Origin: an uncultured virus (IMG/VR IMGVR_UViG_2061766007_001805)
Lineage: Duplodnaviria > Heunggongvirae > Uroviricota > Caudoviricetes
Length of the DNA: 45,719 nucleotides
Reading direction: 5' to 3' (one strand)
IMG/VR virus record: IMGVR_UViG_2061766007_001805
In this document: positions 40,091-45,719 of the stretch, one piece after another
How the letters are laid out: every line of letters starts with the position of its first letter
How positions within the stretch are numbered: the first letter of the stretch is position 1
Made by a program: the position numbers and the translations under genes
Notes under the pieces: model-generated
The model's input: the letters and a program-made list of their open reading frames with translations, nothing else
What the model was told of the DNA's origin: nothing
Databases searched by the model: none

Positions 40091-40369
40091 ATGGGAACGT
40101 TCAACATTATATCCGCGTCGATAGTTAAAGGCTACAAAACCAGTGGTGACGGATTTGTCGCCAACGGAACTTTTGTAGTCGTGGACGATGTTCTTAATGA
40201 ACTTAACGGGACAGTGTATGACGAGGATTTTATGGAGACCTACTTGGGTGGTTTTAAAGGAAAGTACGATGGCGAAAAGATGCAGTACAAAATCAATGGC
40301 AACATTGAAAAGGTCACAAGTGCCACAGGCATCATAGAACGCTACATTAATGATATGTATAACAAATAA
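40091..40369 (+). CDS. Small fibre-associated protein (92 aa), paralogue of 43224
   Basis: MGTFNI...L..L.G.VY...TY.G.F.G aligns with MSTFNI...LQNISGSVY...TYIGNFNG. Confidence 0.7.
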   Translation: MGTFNIISASIVKGYKTSGDGFVANGTFVVVDDVLNELNGTVYDEDFMETYLGGFKGKYDGEKMQYKINGNIEKVTSATGIIERYINDMYNK

Positions 40370-40378
40370 GATATAGTT

Positions 40379-40708
40379 ATGGCAGACAACGTAAGAACAG
40401 GTCAAAGGGGCATATACTTGGGGACTGAACTCAAATTTGCCTTGAGTATAGAATCGGAGGGGTTTTTAATGGAAACCGACGATTTTAAGGTGGTGGTCAA
40501 ATCGACCAAGAAAAAGAAGGAACTCGTTATCACCAAAGAGGAGATGCTGTTGGACGAGAATGAAAAGTATCTGTTCCTTATAGATACGGAAGAACTCGGC
40601 ATCGGAGAGTATTGGATTTATGTCTACGCCTACGTTCCTGACGAAGACTTCCCAGACGGAATTAGGACGGAGGTTCAAAAACAGCATTTATGTACGGTGA
40701 TGTCGTGA
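40379..40708 (+). CDS. Ig-like/BppU-like tail-associated protein (109 aa)
   Basis: YLGTELKF.L.I...IDTEELG.G.Y....AYVPD.DF.DG.RTEV pattern recalled from Bacteroidales phage tail regions. Confidence 0.65.
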   Translation: MADNVRTGQRGIYLGTELKFALSIESEGFLMETDDFKVVVKSTKKKKELVITKEEMLLDENEKYLFLIDTEELGIGEYWIYVYAYVPDEDFPDGIRTEVQKQHLCTVMS

Positions 40709-40834
40709 CAACTGGACAGTGTTGTGGCATCAATGGTTGTCAGCGAGTGACCATTGAACACAAGGCAGGCGGTCTTATGGGCTGCTCTACGGAACTGTGG
40801 AACGACAAGGAACTTGCCGTGGCGNNNNNNNNNN

Positions 40835-41907
40835 CTAGTATACAATGCTTCAAGGAGCGGTTTCAACAATCTGGTAAGGCTAGGTATCAACCAAGACGGA
40901 GAAGCGAGCCTTACCGTGTATGACAATACTCTTGGAGGATGGTATCCGTTTGTCAAACGCAGATATTCCGATAAAAAGACNNNNNNNNNNNNNNNNNNNN
41001 NNNNNNNNNNNNNNNNNNNNNNNNNNNNNNNNNNNNNNNNNNNNNNNNNNNNNNNNNNNNNNNNNNNNNNNNNNNNNNNNNNNNNNNNNNNNNNNNNNTA
41101 CAAGTTGTATGTTGACGGAAGTATTTGCGCCACGTCTGATAGTTATTTAACTGGAAATGTTGGAATTGGTGTTGCACCAAACAGTTCGTATAAGTTAAAA
41201 ACGAGCGGTAATATATATCTTGCATCAAGCGAAAACGACCAAGTTGTAGTAGGTGCAACGACTTATCAACAAGGAGGATGGAGGCTTAGTGTTGTAAATA
41301 AGTCAGGAAGCGGGAGTTTTTATGCTGCTGGCGATTCAAGAATTGACAGGCTTGGAATAAACTCAGGCACAAATAGTTCTTACAGACTTTATGTAAGTGG
41401 TACATCATATTTTAACGGTTTGGCTGTCGGAAATACTGGTTCTGGTAGTGGGTTAGTCAACTATATACTTTTAGACGCTTCGGTAGATAGCAAGACCATA
41501 TATTTAAAAGGCGTTAGCGGAGCACCGATTTACGGTTCAAGTTCTTATTCAAACCAATCGGATATTCGACTAAAGAANNNNNNNNNNNNNNNNNNNNNNN
41601 NNNNNNNNNNNNNNNNNNNNNNNNNNGTGAACGACATCGCAAATGCGCCGATATTCAACTTTACGTTTAAAGACGCAAAAGTGCAAAACGCTATGCTTGG
41701 AACGAGCGCACAATATTGGATGACCGTTCTTCCAAGTGCCGTTACCGTTGCGCCCANNNNNNNNNNNNNNNNNNNNNNNNNNNNNNNNNNNNNNNNNNNN
41801 NNNNNNNNNNNNNNNNNNNNNNNNNNNNNNNNNNNNNNNNNNNNNNNNNTGAAGTGGAGAACGAGGCATTGAGAAAAGAAATTGAACAACTTAAAAAAGC
41901 GGCATAG
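40835..41907 (+). CDS. Second tail-fibre C-terminal part with an S74 chaperone (gapped)
   Basis: GNVGIG...YKL / RLGIN...YRLYVSG beta repeats, SDIRLK, IANAPIF.F, GTSAQYW, ending ENEALRKEIEQLKKAA*. Confidence 0.75.
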
Positions 41908-41910
41908 GAT

Positions 41911-43176
41911 ATGAGTTACAGAAACGAACTAATAAAAGCGCCAGTCAACCAATACGATGTCCAGCAGGCGTTGGCGACAACAAAATATTCTTGGAGCGAA
42001 CTTNNNNNNNNNNNNNNNNNNNNNNNNNNNNNNNNNNNNNNNNNNNNNNNNNNNNNNNNNNNNNNNNNNNNNNNNNNNNNNNNNNATTTGCATTGGCAAG
42101 ATACGGTTTTTCCCGCGTAACTCCGACATTCACTGGCGGTAATTCGAATCCGTCATGCACTTGGGAATATGAAAAGCCGAGAGGCGGCAGTTACAGTGAG
42201 CCTTTTAGGATAACAGACTTTGACGGATNNNNNNNNNNNNNNNNNNNNNCTACAAGACGGACTTGGTGTATATTTCTATATCAACAACACGGCTGCTGCC
42301 TATTACAGTGACCAAGGAATGAACGTTTTATGGGATAGCGACTACGGTTTGTCTGTGTCAGCCTTGTTTGCATATTCCTCAAACGCATCGACAGACAGTT
42401 ATATAGCCATTTGTATTCACGACCTTACAAAAGGCGACAGTATTGTTGTAGAGTCGAACAGAAGGCTTAGAGACCTTGGCACGTCGGTTGATACGATAAT
42501 ATTATATCCTACCGCAAGAACTATCAGCGGCGTGTCTTATCCAGCAGTTGACATGCTCAACGATTCGACACGTAGCGGCCATGAGTTTCGTGTTATTGTC
42601 GGTCTTATGAACAGTAATACAAATCCAAACGTTCCATATCAGGTCTTTACGGGAATTACTTCTCCTACGCCAAGTCAGATAACACTCTATTCGCTTGCAT
42701 TTGTTGACGGAATAGACAGGAAGGATTTGGTACTAACAGCACATTATTCCATTGTTAAATTAAAGTGCTATTTCGATACAAGCACGTCAACGATAACAAC
42801 CACTTATGTAGGTCAGGTACAAAGGAATGGAATGACCATGCTGAAATACCTAATGAGCGCAAGGCTTGTCGGTGTATTTATTACACCGTCAGACCATTGG
42901 TCTCCAGAGCAAGGAGATGTCGGCGTGAAACTTATTGCATCGGCAAACGGTATTGTCGGTGATGATGCCGTACAAGGAAACGTGCAAGGAGGTACATCTG
43001 TCAATATTCCTATTGCTGGTCACACGTATTATTCTGACCCGTTGTATCAATTTACCGATGTGCCAGTGTATTTCTATCAGGGTACGGGTACGAAAGAGAT
43101 ATACATAAACGGTTTCTCTACGGAAATATTCGAAAGTGTACCGTTTGAGAATACCATTATAAAAACAATCACATAA
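41911..43176 (+). CDS. Tail-associated protein (gapped)
   Basis: MSY....I.APV..YDVQQAL start and W.Y.KP.GG..SEPFRITDFDG motif recalled from Bacteroidales genes that follow S74 fibres; frames joined across gaps. Confidence 0.65.
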
Positions 43177-43223
43177 AAAGTTTTTAGTTCACTTTATTAT
43201 TAACAATTTAAAAAATTAAAGTT

Positions 43224-43411
43224 ATGAGTACATTTAACATTACAAGTTCATCATTGAACAACAGTTACAACTACGACAACGAGTATGTTATCGTGCAAGG
43301 TAGTTATTCAAAGGATGCCTCCAACGACACTCTGCAGAACATCAGCGGTTCTGTCTACAACAAGGACGGACAGGGTCAGCAGGGTACGTACATCGGCAAC
43401 TTCAACGGCTA
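43224..43411 (+). CDS. Small fibre-associated protein, 5' part (rest in a gap)
   Basis: Strong A-rich leader; paralogue of 40091-40369. Confidence 0.7.
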
Positions 43412-44137
43412 NNNNNNNNNNNNNNNNNNNNNNNNNNNNNNNNNNNNNNNNNNNNNNNNNNNNNNNNNNNNNNNNNNNNNNNNNNNNNNNNNNNNNNNNN
43501 NNNNNNNNNNNNNNNNNNNNNNNNNNNNNNNNNNNNNNNNNNNNNNNNNNNNNNNNNNNNNNNNNNNNNNNNNNNNNNNNNNNNNNNNNNNNNNNNNNNN
43601 NNNNNNNNNNNNNNNNNNNNNNNNNNNNNNNNNNNNNNNNNNNNNNNNNNNNNNNNNNNNNNNNNNNNNNNNNNNNNNNNNNNNNNNNNNNNNNNNNNNN
43701 NNNNNNNNNNNNNNNNNNNNNNNNNNNNNNNNNNNNNNNNNNNNNNNNNNNNNNNNNNNNNNNNNNNNNNNNNNNNNNNNNNNNNNNNNNNNNNNNNNNN
43801 NNNNNNNNNNNNNNNNNNNNNNNNNNNNNNNNNNNNNNNNNNNNNNNNNNNNNNNNNNNNNNNNNNNNNNNNNNNNNNNNNNNNNNNNNNNNNNNNNNNN
43901 NNNNNNNNNNNNNNNNNNNNNNNNNNNNNNNNNNNNNNNNNNNNNNNNNNNNNNNNNNNNNNNNNNNNNNNNNNNNNNNNNNNNNNNNNNNNNNNNNNNN
44001 NNNNNNNNNNNNNNNNNNNNNNNNNNNNNNNNNNNNNNNNNNNNNNNNNNNNNNNNNNNNNNNNNNNNNNNNNNNNNNNNNNNNNNNNNNNNNNNNNNNN
44101 NNNNNNNNNNNNNNNNNNNNNNNNNNNNNNNNNNNNN

Positions 44138-45534
44138 GGTCTTGCGATATTGTGGGGGCTTATAAAAGATATTGTGCCTACCGTGCCGACAAACGTTTCT
44201 GATTTTGTAAATGATTCGCAGTATGTGTCGTTATTGGACACACACAATGCAAACCTTGTACTCGCGTCGCCAAACGGCGCGTCTGGGTTGCCCTCGTTCC
44301 GTGCGCTTGTTGCTGAGGACATACCCGATTTGAGCGGCACATACCTCACAAGCGCAAGCCTCAACGGATATGCCACGCAATCATGGGTAACGAGCCAAGG
44401 CTTTGGTACGGTATCGTCCATCAAGGTAGGTACTACGTCGTATTCGCCTTCATCTGGTGTCGTTTCATTGCCTGCATATCCGACGACACTGCCTGCGTCT
44501 GACGTATATTCTTTGGCGAAACAGAGTACTAAGCCATCATACACAGCAAGCGAGGTTGGGGCGGCTACAAGTGGTCACACCCATACAACAAGTATCGCAA
44601 CAAGTTCTGGTACTAATCAGATTACTCTTGCTTTTGGAACAAAGTATTCTCTTACTGCGGGTGGTACAAGTTACATATTCACGATGCCGAGCAACCCAGA
44701 CACTTGGAGGCCGTTAGGTACTGGTGCAAGTGACGCCTGTGCTGGAAATGACTCCCGTTTGAGTAATTCTAGGCCAGCAAGCGACGTCTATTCTTGGGCA
44801 AAGGCAAGCACAAAACCAAGTTATACGCATAATGAAATTGGTGCTGGAAATTTAACAATAGGAAACGGAGCAAATAGTATATATCTGCGAACAGATTCTT
44901 CTTGGGCATCCGCTATCTATCATAATACAAATACCGATGAAGCCGTTATTTTCTTAAACAAAGGTTTAAATGTTGGTAGTACAACAAACTATACCACATC
45001 TTGGATTTTTGCTTACGGAACACCATCAGAAAGACCAGCTTGGACGAGTTTAACACCAGTATTGCAAATAAAAGGTCAATCTGTTGTAATAAACAAGTTA
45101 CTTGGTAGCAAAGTTGGGGCTTCATATAATTTAGATGTCAACGGCTCAATCAATGGTACAACAGTTTACTATAACGGGAATGCTTGTATTCACGCTGGCA
45201 ACATAGGTAGTCAATCTGTCAACTATGCTAGTAATGCAGGTAAACTAGGAGGATTATCTGCTAGTACTAGTGCAACTGCAAATACTATAGTAGCAAGACA
45301 AGGAAAAGGTTATGTATATGCTACATATTATAACGCTTCAAATGGAATAGAAAATATATCGTCCTTTACATCTAATGTAATGTTTAAAGATTCAAGTGGA
45401 TGGCAGCGTTGTACTAGTAAGGCATATTTTCAAACATGGTTAGGACTTGGTAGTAGAGCTTATGATAGTACTAGTTATTTACCTTTATCTGGTGGAACTT
45501 TGTCTGGAGATTTGTTAATGTCAGCAACGATTCG
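44138..45534 (+). CDS. Tail fibre shaft fragment (both ends in gaps)
   Basis: GLAILWGLIK, P.FRALVA.DIP, two PASDVYS.AK.STKPSY repeats, YLPLSGGTLSG; last 50 bp identical to 39313-39362. Confidence 0.8.
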
Positions 45535-45573
45535 NNNNNNNNNNNNNNNNNNNNNNNNNNNNNNNNNNNNNNN

Positions 45574-45719
45574 ATAGAATACTATGCTAAAAGGAGCGGT
45601 TTCAACAATCAGGCAAGGCTAAGTATCAACCAAGACGGAGAAGCGAGCCTTACCGTGTATGACAATGCCCTTGGAGGATGGTATCCGTTTGTCAAACGCA
45701 GATATTCCGATAAAAAGAC
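45574..45719 (+). repeat. 146-bp fibre segment, variant of 40835-40980
   Basis: 136/146 identical by manual alignment; open in the same frame. Confidence 0.9.

Noticed and set aside
32130..43176. Apparent frameshifts or pseudogenes in tail genes (and in the scaffold gene at 27.0 kb)
   Set aside because: Every frame break coincides with an N-run of estimated length.
1..45719. Stop-codon reassignment as in some gut phages
   Set aside because: Genes are full length in code 11, and TAG, TGA and TAA all terminate tightly packed genes.
1..45719. Prophage with integrase/repressor, shufflon invertase, or reverse transcriptase
   Set aside because: No tyrosine/serine recombinase, CI-like or YxDD RT motifs recognised and no host genes; such genes could lie outside the window or in gaps.

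Overview
Gapped (about 23 N-runs) scaffold of a long-tailed (siphovirus-type) Bacteroidota phage, probably Prevotella-like, judged from TTTG-N20-22-TAnnTTTG promoters and Bacteroidales-phage gene families. Left to right: (1) 1-2.4 kb, AT-rich leftward block of small orphan genes and a repeat-rich non-coding stretch; (2) 2.4-3.3 kb, A-tract/IHF-box region resembling a packaging or genome-end site; (3) 3.4-7.7 kb, rightward replication module with two SSB-like genes, an initiator carrying internal iterons and a structured leader, and an accessory gene; (4) 7.9-27.2 kb, leftward virion operon (scaffold, auxiliary head protein, MCP, adaptor, stopper, neck, terminator, tail tube, frameshifted chaperone, 2313-aa tape measure, distal tail). 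Much of this operon appears twice as diverged alleles, most likely two co-scaffolded strains. (5) 27.4-45.7 kb, rightward operon: TerL, portal, holin/GH24 endolysin/spanin, a giant tail-tip/fibre gene with an S74 chaperone, and a tangled second fibre locus. The most interesting signals are a shared, non-synonymously hypervariable core linking two different fibre shafts and two different tips; a C4/CI-like loop-complementary RNA leader on the initiator gene; and the split divergent virion operons. I saw no integrase, repressor, reverse transcriptase, tRNA or CRISPR array. All product calls come from motif recognition and synteny, not database searches.
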